Source: Tubulanus polymorphus
Lineage: Eukaryota > Animalia > Nemertea
Length of the DNA stretch: 64,000 nt
Direction: 5' to 3'
Assembly (NCBI RefSeq): GCF_964204645.1
Contig: NC_134032.1
Span: 12,884,275 to 12,948,274 of the forward strand
Position 1 is the stretch's first letter; each line of letters starts with the position of its first letter. Of this stretch, positions 13,244-25,978 are shown in pieces. Under the pieces are notes generated by a model. That model ran no database searches and was not told the DNA's origin. It saw only the letters and a list, made by a program, of their open reading frames with translations. Position numbers and translations under genes: made by a program.

Positions 13244-14635
13244 TCAAATCGTGGACAACGCTACCTGATCACCAGACTTCTGAATGACATCCATGTGAAT
13301 ATCGACGCTGTCGACCCACGATTTGATGCGATCCTTTTTCTTTTTCGGCATCAGTTCGTTGTCTTCGATGTATTCGGACACGTTTTTGTAGGCGTAAGAT
13401 TCGTTTTTATCGCGCCACGTTCGCCACGTTTTAGCCGACGTCAACCTGTCGTTCGGCGGCATCAGAGGCGGCGATGCTGTTATCCGCTCACTGCTCTCAT
13501 CGCCGATCGAAGTATCCACTTTCGTGTCGTTCGCGGCTGTCGTTTTCTGTACGAGCGCGTTCTCTTCAGCGTCGCGGCTGAATTCCGGATTGCTTAGCTC
13601 GGCGCTTTTCAGAAGCGCAGCCGGTTTTGACTTTTCGATCGTCGCTACGATCTCTTTCGTAAATCCCATCGATTTTTCGTCATTTTGACGATAATTTTCG
13701 ATAGCGGTTTTGTTTCTATCGAGTCGTTCCTGCCTCGCCCCGGGGCTATATTTGCGAATCTTTTCACCGTCGTTCGCTGATTTGTTCGCTAGTTTATTAA
13801 GGGCGGTTTTCGCGTGTTCGCGTTCGTGCCATCTTTGAAATATCTCGATTTTGTCTTTGAAGAGATTCGGCTCTCTGTGACCGCGGGCGTGTTTCTTATT
13901 ATTCATCGAATGGCTGTAGGACAATTTCGGTTTCTGCTCCGGACGCGCGTGAAAATCGACGTGATTGCTTTTCAAATGAATCTGTTTCGTCAGCTCCCGT
14001 TTCTGATTCATATACTGCGACAACTTGCTCTGATATTTCTGCGGTATTTCGCCCGTTCGCGCGAGTAAAGGCGGCGATATCGCGTGGGGATTGTCGTCGA
14101 TTTTCGACGTAGTTCTCGCCTGATTAGGAACCATAGTTTTAAAGTTGCTAGTACGATAGGATTTACTTTCTAACGGGCTCAACGGATGCTTACTCTTCCC
14201 CAGTCTATAACCACCCCCTTTCACGAAATCAATACTCGCGCTAAACGCCATATTATTTTCATCTGCGTCCGGCTTTTTCGACGATCGATGTTTCGGCGAA
14301 AGGCCTTTCATTTCTGACTTCGTCGTCTGTCGTAACCAGTTGCTCGAAGGCGGCGTCTTCGAGCTAAGCGGCGGTAGGGTGCTCGTACGGCCTCGTGACG
14401 ACAAATACGGTACCGAATACCTCATCCTTTCTTTGTTCAACGCATCATTGTGATCAGTTGTAAACGGGTCTTTAGCGTCGGTTTCGCCGATGCTCTGATC
14501 GGCTCTGGAGTTGTCATTAACGACGTCCAGCGTACCATCGGGGCGTATCAGTTTTAGCACGTCGTTGCAGTTCAATTTCAACACGTCCGATGCGTTTTTG
14601 TTATCGTTTTCTGCGTGATGGCGATCCGCTGTCAT
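13244..14635 (-). CDS. Uncharacterised hydrophilic, probably largely disordered ~463-aa protein (single coding exon; acceptor AG at 14643-14642)
   Basis: 1.5-kb ORF, GC-richer than its flanks. Acceptor TATTTCCAG lies 6 nt before ATG 14635. AATAAA on the minus strand at ~13118-13127. The C-terminus WRTWRDKNESYAYKNVSEYIEDNELMP...IKSWV looks ordered. Confidence 0.8.
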   Translation of the reverse strand: MTADRHHAENDNKNASDVLKLNCNDVLKLIRPDGTLDVVNDNSRADQSIGETDAKDPFTTDHNDALNKERMRYSVPYLSSRGRTSTLPPLSSKTPPSSNWLRQTTKSEMKGLSPKHRSSKKPDADENNMAFSASIDFVKGGGYRLGKSKHPLSPLESKSYRTSNFKTMVPNQARTTSKIDDNPHAISPPLLARTGEIPQKYQSKLSQYMNQKRELTKQIHLKSNHVDFHARPEQKPKLSYSHSMNNKKHARGHREPNLFKDKIEIFQRWHEREHAKTALNKLANKSANDGEKIRKYSPGARQERLDRNKTAIENYRQNDEKSMGFTKEIVATIEKSKPAALLKSAELSNPEFSRDAEENALVQKTTAANDTKVDTSIGDESSERITASPPLMPPNDRLTSAKTWRTWRDKNESYAYKNVSEYIEDNELMPKKKKDRIKSWVDSVDIHMDVIQKSGDQVALSTI

Positions 14636-15711
14636 CGCCTCCTGGAAATAGTAGAATAGTTTTCTGATAGCACTCGGACGTTGATTATATAAATAATGAA
14701 CAAATTTAAAAGATTCAATACTATATATTTGGTACAGGTTCATCGATGTCAATGCAAGTTCGAATCCCATCCACCGACAAATAAGAGATACAATGTGAGC
14801 CGTAAGGGCTGTACTTACAAATAACGAGACACTGGACCCATTGATAATTATATGTAGTATACCCTGTATTCAGGGTATTAGCTTAACAATCTTTGAATCG
14901 GTGAAGCAGTAAAAATGATATTCGTCCACTTCAAATTACCAAATAAAGGGCTGATTTTGACAATTTCTCTAACCTATTAGCTAACTTATCAGAAATTAAT
15001 TCGGTTGACCACCATCCAGGTTAGAGTAAACACCATACAGTCTATAAACCGGGCCTCGGTCGTCAAAAATGTTTCCCGATCGTTTTGAGAAACTGTGTAA
15101 TTACATTATAATTGGGCGTGAAATCTAGATTATTATACCAACGTTCGTGGTAGTGTGACTTCGGTAGTAAGATTAGGTTCTTTCCATAAAGCTTCACGCT
15201 TGATGATATCTATGTGACCTCGGTCATCCATATGCGGGAATTCTGCTTTAAAAGACTAATTTTGGAACAATAAACAAGCGCTCCTATGTTTTAACGGTTT
15301 GTATGTTGTTTGGAAAAACATTTCTTGTTTTCTCTCGAAACGACTTCGACTTTTAAAAAGTATTCAAAAAGTTAGAATAAGTTAACGTAAGCCTAGTGTT
15401 AGAAACGTCCTACTCAATGTTGTATGCTATTAATCGATGAACTAGTATGCAGCAGCAGAATTAGTGGTCAATTCATTGCCCGAATTTTTCTTCAATTTCG
15501 ACTTCAGAATTTGTGAATAAACAGTATTCCCGCCATAACTACATAATATACGCCCATAGATTCGACTATTTTACGATGGACAATAAGGAGAAACAATATT
15601 AGTTGAAACGACCCATTAATCATTCTTGCGCGGAGTCATGACGATCCATTTTGCCAACCAAAAAGTTGTAAGTTAAAATTCGACTCGACAGTAAAAATAA
15701 GTTCCATTTCT

Positions 15712-15841
15712 GGGGTCAGTTGCTCAAAAGTTGGTTAAAGATAACAAGTGGATAGATACCATAGTAACAATGAACTTTAGATTGTCACTATGTCAACTGT
15801 CCACTGGTTAACTCTAACCAACCTTTGAGCAACTGGTCCCT
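15712..15841. mobile_element. MITE (~130 bp, TIRs GGG..CAGTTGCTCAAAAGTTGGTTA); related copy at 49958-50084
   Basis: Imperfect terminal inverted repeats and a second dispersed copy. Confidence 0.75.
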
Positions 15842-16907
15842 GCTGATGTTTTAACCAAAATACAAAGTTCGGTCGAATTTGAACACAGGACTGTATGTCT
15901 AATATGTGGTGCTCGTAGTCCTTTTGTTAGTACTATCTCCACGATCACGAGCGGAAGAATTGTGATAAACTATCAAATGTCTGAAGGGGTTAAAGCAGCA
16001 GATTGATATCGGCACTGATATTATTTTCACGTACCGGAATGACAAATAGAGAAATTAGTAAGAACACCTACCGTTTGACACTTGCAATGTAAATCTTTAT
16101 GTTGTTTTCCTGTTTTCCGTTACCATGTACAAGGTATATATCGAATGTAAATGTGAATAATAGCGATTAAGTCAATGGTCTAATAATTTGTGTATGGTCG
16201 CCGTCACGAGCGGATAATTCTTATTGCTGGATTAATCCCGTTAAAACCGACCCTTTGCTACGGAGATCCCAGTAATTATGAGGATTATTTCATTCACGGT
16301 ATATTTATTACTGATTTCACAGTACATAATTTGTCAATCGTGATAGGAAGGAGTCCGATTATTGTATCGCTGCCTCCAACTCGGTACCAAAACCTCGTCA
16401 ACGAAGTCATAAAGAATCCTCGGTCTTACACGTAAAACAGCACAAACCGTAGATTTATAGTAATTTGCTTCTTTTTTTATTCATACCCCACTCAGTTTGT
16501 TGAGGAACTGAAAAGCTATTATCACTGCATGGTAGCTATATTTGTAACCAATTTGAATTAATTCAGAATCAAATTCAAGTGTCGATAATATTTTGAAAAC
16601 ATTTTTCTTTTTCACTTGCTTCAGCCAATCGTTTTACGCCGGGAAACTCCGTTAGCGCCGCCTTGCGGCTATATTTATTATAAACTTATAAAAAATCATC
16701 CAAAAAACCAAACAGCTTTTTACGTTTTGAATACTTCTTTTGACTTCTTATCTTCGTTATGTATTCATTATTAATTTGAATTAATTATATTGATTTAAAT
16801 TGATTATATTGATTTTTTATGACGTCAGCATACGTGTACAATATCGTATTATGCATTAATGATCCTATAGATGTATCTATAAATCAGAACTTTTGGATTG
16901 ACTATTT

Positions 16908-19737
16908 TTAGTTAATGACCGGTAGTAATTGGGCCCGATTTTGGGTTTGGTGTAAACTGTTCGACTGTCTCCTTTGCCGATTGAGGAGTTTCTGTTGTTT
17001 TTTGACGGTCTTCGGTATCAACGCTAAGTCAATTTCGTTCACGATATCCGCTCTCTTGATCGCGAGCAAAGCGTTCTTCAAATCGGCCATATTGGCGCGG
17101 GTATGTAGGCGGCGCCAGCGTTCTAAACTCTGTCTGGCCAGATCGACGGTTATGCCTCGGAAATTCGACTGATCTATATCGGCGATATCCGAGCTCAATA
17201 GCTCGTCCCCTCGGGTCGGAAAGAAAGGCAGGCTACGGTACAAAACGATCCAGTCCTTGTCGATGAAGCGAGCAGCGACGCGAATAGCCCGATCCAAAGC
17301 ATCTGAAAACAGAAAAAAATTCTCAATTATGTCTACAATATTGAAGTAGTGAAAGACTGCCAGATTTCACCACTGACAGTTCGTCATCATTGATAATTGA
17401 TTTACTTAATAGAGAAGCAAGGTCTCTATGAAATGTAATGGGAATTTAAGCGCTTATATAGTAACTGCTAGCGAACCTCGCGGATCCTAGCGAAATCCTC
17501 TGTTATTACAGTAGCAGTGCCATTATTGACCTAAGTATCTACATTGTTACTTCGTGAAATATCAATCTCATACAAACTACAAAGCAGCTCATTTTTTATT
17601 ATCCTTTTTGTTGAGATTATTAGTAATCATTTACCTATCTTTTTTCTTGAGCCTGGCGATTGATGTTTCGAATTGAGCAATGGTAAACCGTGGAATATTT
17701 TCTTCAACGTTTCGGGATTCGTTTTCAGAGTGTATACACGTTTCAGCGAATTGACGCATGCCTCAATTCGTTCCAGTTCGACGCACATTTTCCTGTATTC
17801 TGAGCGATTTTGTTTTAGTTCTTTGATTACTTCGTCCAATTTCTTTCGTGCGGCTGTGCCTGTGGAGAAACGATTAGACAGTGTTTCTCTAAATAAAGTC
17901 ATTAGTAACCAGTGGAAAGGTTTATGTAGGTATCAATCTGCGGTTTGGATAAACCCGCTTCAGGCATTCGCTGTTGTAGTTCCCGCCTGGACGATCGGTT
18001 AATGAAATTGTTCTGATAAAATATCTGTCTAAGGCCAAAAAAAATTGATACCTTGTTTCTCCGCTCTGCTGAGCTTAAATGTTGACCCGGCCGGCCGCCT
18101 ATCTACCCTATACATTACTTTTTTTTAAATCGTGATCAATTTCACCATAACAGACCCGGCCGCTATAGAAATGAACTGTTTATAAATTTTATCATATTTT
18201 ACAAAAATGACCCGGCCGCTGCGAAGAAACAAGGTATCATTTTTCTTTAGCCTAATTATCTGGTATTTTTAGTTTATTTGCGTTTAGAAATGTCTCGGAT
18301 GAAGTTCTAAACAATCACGTGATGTGTGTATAAACTGTTTTTGAAAGTGTGCCGATGAAATGTCTAATGTCTGGTGTTGATAGTTCATTTTCAGTTAAAA
18401 ATGTCTCAGGCGAAGTCCTGAACATGCGAAGTGTACACGATCAGTTTTTAAAAGTGTTCCGATGAAATGTATGGTGTTTGTAATCTATTTTCAATAGAAG
18501 ATATCTCATATGAAGTCTTGAATGCGAGTACGACCCAGGTAGCAGATTGATACCTGTATACTATACGGTTACGTTGCCATTTACCTCTATCTCTCTTTTC
18601 GTTTATCCAAACTTGTTTCGAATGGATATTCTCGACATCTCGACGAAAAGACTGAAGCTTTACTTTCATGTTCTTTATTTCCGAAACGAGCCGATCGTGT
18701 TGTTCGTTGTACTCGGCGGGCGACATCGAATCCGCGTTCTTTTTGATGTCGGCTTTACGCAATACTTTCACGTCCAATTCTAACTTGATGTTGTTTTCGA
18801 GCGCGACGGCTCGCGCCTCGTCGTCCATCAGTTTATCGTTTTTTCGAAGCAGCCTCGTGATTTCCTTCTCGAGCGCGGAATGTTCGCGTTTCGCGGCTTG
18901 AAATCTGTATTCCATCGCGTAGATTTTGTCTTGTTCTTCGCGTACTAGTTTCGCTTGTGCGGCCAGCTTCTTTTCCAGTTCGGCCAAATCGAATTTGACG
19001 AAACTGGCGTACGAGCTATCCAAATCGATCCATTTCTTCAAAGCGGCGCAGGCGGATCTGACCTTTTCGACGCATTCGGGAAAAATAAGCAGGAATGGAA
19101 TCTGAGCCGTTTGAGTTTTGTAACCTAGTTCTTGGACACTCGGCGAAAAGTCTCCGAATCTTAAACCGGTCGTTTTGAACTTCGGCGCCAACTCGCCGAT
19201 TCCGTCGATACAAGCGCGGATTTTTTGAACGAATCCTTTCCGCGAGGAGTCGTAATGCAAGGCGCATTCGACGTACGGATCGTTCAACTTCGAATTGCAG
19301 AAACTCAAACAGTATTTCGCGGCGTATTTCAGAATATTTTCGAGAGCTTGAATGCAACCGTCGAACGCGGACGGTACGTTCAACATAACCTTAGCTACGG
19401 CGTCGCCAGTCATGTGCACGTTGCTGATGTTCACCAGCGGTTGTTCTCCGGGTATGACGACTTTCTCCTCCATGGCGTCTATCTGCCACATCCAATTAAT
19501 CTCGGTAACGCCGGCCGCCGCCATGACACTCGTAATAGCGTGGCGCCAGTGTCGTATTTCCGTTTCCGGCTGCCCGTTGCCGTAGTACAGACGTTTGACG
19601 ACATCCAGCGCGCTCTCTACGTCATCGACGGCTTGCGCGAGGACGCCGTGTACTGCCTGCAGCGACTGGGGTCGTTCGTTTCCCAGACTGGACAGAGTCT
19701 GTCGTTTACGCCAAAATGACAGCGTTGTCGGAGGCAT
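16908..19737 (-). CDS. Coiled-coil protein with C-terminal death-domain-like fold, 590 aa; exons 19737-18585, 17859-17635, 17302-16908
   Basis: Three ORFs join through GT-AG phase-1 introns in a continuous frame (1153+225+395=1773 nt). The middle is heptad-rich. Exon 3 reads ...FIDKDWIVLYRSL...ARQSLERWRRLHTRANMADLKNALLAIKRADIVNEI, a death-domain pattern. Confidence 0.85.
18030..18255. mobile_element. MITE in an intron of the death-domain gene; related copy at ~20285-20500
   Basis: TIRs containing TGATACCTTGTTTCT / AGAAACAAGGTATCA; internal GGCCGCCTATCTACCC shared with the 20.3-kb copy. Confidence 0.7.
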
Positions 19738-22700
19738 CCTTGTTCGTTCGGTCGATATTCACTGAAAATTAATGACTGGCGTTATAACCATTGATGAAAT
19801 ACTCTGAGTCCGAGTTGTTCAGATAAAATGAAATCCAACAATGAACGAGTCAGAAATGTTCCCTCGAGCTATTTGTATTCGACGTTTTGACTATGCCCTA
19901 ACAGCCATCTTCTTCGGGAATACCGATGTTCTTGGTGCAGCATTTCCGAAGATGATTAGTCGAATAGCTCGTTCATTCGCGAGTCGAAGCTCTAAGAAAC
20001 ATTTCAGACACTTTTCATCCTTGGTATTTGTATTTTTACTCAGTAGCTACAAATTAGTTTTTCGGGAGACGGTTTGTGATTATGTTTTCGCATGAACCCT
20101 CGTCTCATCGCTACGGGGTTCACTGACCTCTCATTATCCAGAATGACGCAAACGTCAGTTTATATCCTGTAATCAGGCTAAATACGTAAACTATTATATA
20201 TAATGCTTACTCGATTAAGCGCTATCAACCCATTGATTGGTAAGAGCTACACTTCGGCTTAAAAATCTACGATTATAAATCATGTTAGGCTAAAAACGAT
20301 ACCTTTCTTATAATTTCTACTGAGCTTATTAAACGTTGAATCGGCCGCCTATCTACCCTGTACATAACGTTTTTTTTTTCAAAATCGGGATCAAGCTAAC
20401 CACAACAGACCCGCCAGAGAAATGAACTGATATCAAAAATTTTGCGGTTTACGAAATGACCCGACCGATTAGGAGAAGCAATGTATCATTTTAGCATTAG
20501 TTTTAAAAGCAGATCAGATCAGTAAAACTCCAGATACATGCTGCAATGCTCAGCCCAAGTCGATTTAACTTGTTTCAAATCAATACAGAACACGGTCGTA
20601 AACTTATTTATACGTGTAGTTCTATTATTTCAGAAATCCATCATCATTATTAACTTCAACCGGATTTTTTTTCAAGGGGTCTGAACATCCATAGTTATCG
20701 CACAGCCTTTATGGCTGTGTTTATCAACAATTGGCTATATCCATATGATGAATGTTTGTAACCTAAGTTGAATTGATGATGAAGTGAAGATTATTATCAT
20801 CATTATCATTAGTTGTACATTCATTCACAAAACAAATTTCTAAGAAGCGATAACAAGAAAACGGTTTGTTACCAAATTATTTTCTCGAATACTCACCCCA
20901 ATTTAACGCCTAAATCGACGGCAATGTTTGACAACAAGTCGGCGGTCAATGGATAGCGATATGTATATTAATATATCAACTCCTACTCGTTTCTATATAA
21001 CCAGTACTCGCGTATTGTTTCGCTTCAACCGTACAGTTTTACCGAATTAAGCTTCTAAGAACGTTTCGGACACGGATGGTTGTTTATGGGGGTTGAAACT
21101 ATTCTTCCGAGGAAGTTTACTCAGCGTATTGACTGAATGTAAAATGGTCACTGTATATTAACACGCTATTAAAAGCGCGCGTACGCGTAAATGAATCGAA
21201 CTTAAGAAATTAGGTTGAAGTATAGAATACGATTTAGTTGTTAGAGTTTATTTTTCAAGAGATATTAAAACAAATGTTCATGCGTAGAATATCATAAAAC
21301 TATAAAACACTTCAGTCAACAAGATGTTGGGAAGCCCAGGAAGCATAAATACGTGTATGAAATAATCAGTCATCTTGTTCTGTGGACTGAAAGTAAAAGT
21401 CAAGTCGTCTTTATTTTCATGTTTACTTCATTCTCTTCGTTATCACCGATAACGTAGTTTTGCGAGATTCAAATTCGAATGTTTGAAAATATATGGACTG
21501 ATCCATCAGATCCATCGACTTCGATAACGGTTCATTAATGCAATCTGATTATTAAACGCACGTATAATACGGCCGTTTGATTAAATATTTCTTTTTTTTC
21601 GACAATTTTTCAGTCATTTCTATTCAATTTCGAACTTAAATTCACTACTTTATCATATAAGTATAATGTATATTCCCACAGTAACTTTGCTTTTGAGTTG
21701 TTTGGTCTGTAACTGCTTTTTGCTGTATACTACTCTAATAGTTTGTATTACCTAAATGTTCTCTTTGTTCTGGAATATATTATCTCATAATTCTGTTTGA
21801 TGACATTTAGTATTCCCGAAAGACGACTATTAGGATAAACTCGAAACGCTGAATAAATATCAGCTCGACGAAGCGATTCGCGAACAAAGTGATTCATCAA
21901 CGGTTTTTAAAAAGAAGATTCGATATAATCCTTCTCACTGGCGATATAAATGATTTAGTTACAATACTCGGGTCGACATGATAATTATAGGCATACTTTG
22001 CGATGAAAACAAATATGCGCGTCACCCGTACGACCGTTTCACGCAAACAATAACAATAATTCAACTTTTTCATCATCGCATAAACGAGCTGTAATTTTGT
22101 TTGATTACCGGCAGTAATTCGGCGTCATTCGATCAGGAAAAAATGTCTATTGACGAAACTCATTGTGTGTGATTGTTCTTTGAAGTGGATGTTATATCAG
22201 AGGGGTGTTACACATATGAGGCGTCAAATGAAGTTCGGTGTTAAGTTGTGTTAGAACTGAGCAATTTGAAGAACTAAAAAGAGGTGAGTGTTTTGAGAAT
22301 ATTGTGTTCAACGGGATATCTTCTTTATATCTTTCTACCGAATTGTGCGTGGTGTTACGTGAAGGAATATGCAACTCACAAAACGAAGAGAAACCTATAA
22401 TCAAAAAGATTAAACTAAGCGAGCCATTTCCGATATAGTCACCACTCGCTTTAGGTTATCTTTTTCTTTCTAAATTGTGGGTTTTCTTCAATTCAAAAAT
22501 AGACTGTCACTAATTGTCAATGGCCCAATTGCTAATAGGCTAGTTGCGTAGTGACTTTTGCATAACTTCTGTTTTCAAACTTTCCAATGTACTTTCCGCT
22601 GCCTTAAAAGATACGAAGAAAATAACATGATGATGATCGCTTTGAGCTTCATATTGTCTGTGAATCGATTTCGAGAGAGGTTTCACATCAAACGCATTTT

Positions 22701-22748
22701 GATAATATTCATCATGTTTCTTATTACAGTCGTATCCATCCCTCGGAA

Positions 22749-23918
22749 ATGATGACGTACACCATATTCTTCGCAGTTTTTCTACTGGGGATTTCCTGCA
22801 CCCAATGTGCCGTTATGCAACTACGCCCAGGTATGGTTTCACTGAATCCCGTCATATTTTCTATTATTCAATTGCAGCGCTAGCTTTTGCAGCGGACGAC
22901 AATACGAGCGCCCAGTCTAACATCAATTTTAATCAACTTTGAACTGGACTTAAAGTATTCTCATTTGATATAAGTGGAATCATCTATTGCCATTGATATC
23001 CTCACTGGCCCCAAGTAGAGTCCTCTATTGCACACTAGCGACACCTGGTGGGTCCTCGCTTGGCACACGTGGAATCCTCTATTGCCAGAGTAGCTTTGAT
23101 GTTTTCCCTTTCTTTCATTGAATTCAATCATCGTCTTCAGGTATGTGTGCAGAAATGTTTGCGGACCGTTCGGAGTTCAATGAAGCGACGCGACAATTCG
23201 AACGCTACAACCGCACGAGTTGCACGACTTGTTACTGTGACGAAGACAAGTCCGGTGGCGAATGCCATAGGTACGTTTAGTTTTAGATGCCTATAATTTC
23301 TATGTATTGCGGTTGAGCAGAACAATAAGGCAGGTCAACGAGGGGTGTTTTTGGTTTCGTTCTAAGTACCTGACGACAAAAATGCAGTAGACTCTGCTTG
23401 AGTCTAACCTTTTGCAGGCACATTGTGTGATACGAGAATTAATTACATGTTATAGTATAAACGTTTCAATGTTTAAAAAAAAACTATTCCAGGACAAACC
23501 GGGAAAAACGGTTATTTCTAAGTTGATCAGATCGAATATTCATTTTTCGAGAAATAAGAGAGTTTGCGTAATCAGCCCTAAACTAAATACCGCTTTCGCA
23601 GGCACGCAAATAAAGCGCATTGTCCAGACGACCAATAGAACCACTTGCATCCACTTGGATAGTGCTACGAGCAATCAATTATTTGAATTTTTTAGCTGCG
23701 GACAAGTAGCATATATGCAGCCACCTTGCGAGGCTTTGCAGTGGTCGAAAGAGGGCTGTTATCTAGTCGATCCATACGTCGTTCGCGAGACCCAAAGCGA
23801 ATGTTGCTCCCATCAGAAAGTCTGCTCGACAGGAAAATACTCGAAATACTTCGACCGACAACGATTCGAGCTGATTAAAACGCAGGCTGCTAAATTTTGT
23901 AGAAAAAATGGAAATTAA
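22749..23918 (+). CDS. Secreted Cys-rich protein, single-domain von Willebrand C (SVWC)-like, 144 aa; exons 22749-22830, 23141-23270, 23696-23918
   Basis: Signal peptide MMTYTIFFAVFLLGISCTQC. Canonical GT-AG introns (phase 1 and 2) give an open frame of 435 nt. Cys pattern C..CxxCxC..CxxC..C..C..CC-x5-C..C. The family call rests on Cys spacing only. Confidence 0.8.
22972..23100 (+). repeat. Fragment of the ~75-bp minisatellite family also at 42190-42420
   Basis: Shared GTGGAATCCTCTATTGC and TGCACACTAGCGACACCTGGTGG. Confidence 0.75.
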
Positions 23919-25520
23919 GTTCGCCTACTCTATCGTAGATAGCGGACCTCACCTGCGGCCTGTATGTGCGGTCAAGGCATAGGTCTGAGGTCGGTTTAAG
24001 AATCTAATAGTTCTACAACTAATTTTGAAATTTATCACGGCAAGTTTATGATTTTTGAGACCACTTTTGGATTTTTGGAGGTAAACAGGTCAAAGCTTCA
24101 CGAATAAGTTAAACTCATATTTTTCGTTTAGTTGCTTTTAATTTGGTAGTTTACTACATATATTGCAGTTGTACAGAGCACAATCAATTGATTTCATTAT
24201 TATTGTAATAAACCGCAATTATTATGGTAAAAGGATCCACTATATTTTCTCTTCGTTATTCAATGAACCTCTGATCTCGACTTTTCATTTCCCCTCTCAA
24301 CAATCCTGACACGTATGTTTCACGGAAATAATTCGATGTATCGATAAACTGTGAGTCAGCCGCTATCAGGATTCGAACCATCATTCGAGGTCTTTACGCA
24401 TTACGCCATCGTTCCTATTATCGAATAATCGTCAAAGCGATATGAAGCCTTCATGGCGAATCACTGAAACTATGCATACGCCGCGACAGATACTGCGGTG
24501 AGGTGACCAGATGCTTTCTCGATTCGCCGTTGTCGTGTTTACACACCTGACACATGCTTTTTCACTTGATTACTTCTATTAGATTTCAATATCTGCTGCA
24601 CATGGTTAGAATGTCGAAGATCGCTATATCGAATTACGTTTATATACGTGGAAATAATTATCTAACATCATCGTTAATCGGATTATCATATAAAGTCAAC
24701 CTCCGATATACCGCAAAACGTCCCCAACAACTTACAAACTTCTAAATCCCTGAGTGAACTTAAATATAAATTCAAAAATAACACAATCTCTCGCTATATG
24801 ATTTAGTGTTAATGATTCGCAATTTTCTTATTCATTATTATTATGAATGCTGCTTGCTGAGTGGTCGAGTTGTTCTCATAGCATCCACTCCTTCTTAATC
24901 GGAGAAAGAAACCCCGATCACGCTAATAATATATTAAGCGCTGCTCAGCGGTTCGGGAATGGAGAAAACCTGACGCGCGATTAGCTCGGGTCAATCGCGC
25001 CGTGCCAGACACTGACCAATTCAGCACGAACAGGGCCGTATCTAGCATTTGAATGTTGGGAAGGCAGAGAAACCCGAAAAAAGGACAGTTGCCTTCAGTC
25101 AAAAACCGATAAAACGATTCTTCTTTTCACGCTCTCAGAAAAACTCTGTTTTAGGCCTATAACAAAATGCTTGTCAGTCACAAATGAAGGATTCTACATT
25201 GAATTTCTATGGGATTTAACAATAAATTTTTTATAAAGGGCAATTTGCCGAAATTACTGGGTAGAACTGTCCCCGCCCAACGGTGTGGCCAGCGTATCCG
25301 CGGCGCCAGTGTGCCACACAGTCACAGTCGAAAAGGAACCTTCGATATGAATATGAATTTGTCAACATTCCTAACGTCCGAATTCGTCCACACGATGCGC
25401 TTACTCGTGAACACCTGTTGCTTTAACGATCATGTCCGGTTTGTTTAGATTCGATTGTTTAATGAGTGTCCTATCCCCGAAGCAAACAAACACACGTGGC
25501 CATCCTCGCCCAGAAAGCTC

Positions 25521-25588
25521 TATAAAACCTGGTCTTTCCTTGGACATTCAATTGAAGTAATTGTCACGTACGGAACTGGCAGATTGAG
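25521..25588 (+). promoter_or_regulatory. TATA box and probable non-coding first exon of the FN2 gene
   Basis: TATAAAA at 25521, Inr-like TCAATT ~30 nt downstream, strong donor GAG|GTGAGT at 25589, and acceptor TTTCAG at 25972 just before ATG 25979. Confidence 0.6.
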
Positions 25589-25978
25589 GTGAGTAAACTG
25601 TTAACTAGGCAAGTACCTCCTCGCATCTACCTAATACAACTAATCTGTATTAGGCAATTTGAACTTGACTTAGAATGTGCTGATAATTGTTTTTTTGTTT
25701 GTTATTTTCAAGTAATTTTGTATTTTCTAACTAAGTGTTTGCCGATATCTCATATTCCGATCTCGAGAGGTAGATTTTCGTACCGTGGCAGAGTATCGGT
25801 GCCACAACAGGTTCAGATTCTGCTGGGGGAGGTGTACTAATCTTTGATGCCGCTGACATTAGCTTGGTAGCTGCGCACGGCAAGCAAGTGCGCGATGAGA
25901 TTTCAGAAACAGTTGATTTTGTCCTGGGACACCCGTAGTATCAATGATAACAAGCTACACCGTTTCTTTCAGCGCAAA

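Noticed and set aside
13295-19719. Plus-strand and alternative-frame ORFs overlapping the two minus-strand genes
   Set aside because: Shadow ORFs of GC-richer coding sequence with no independent signals.
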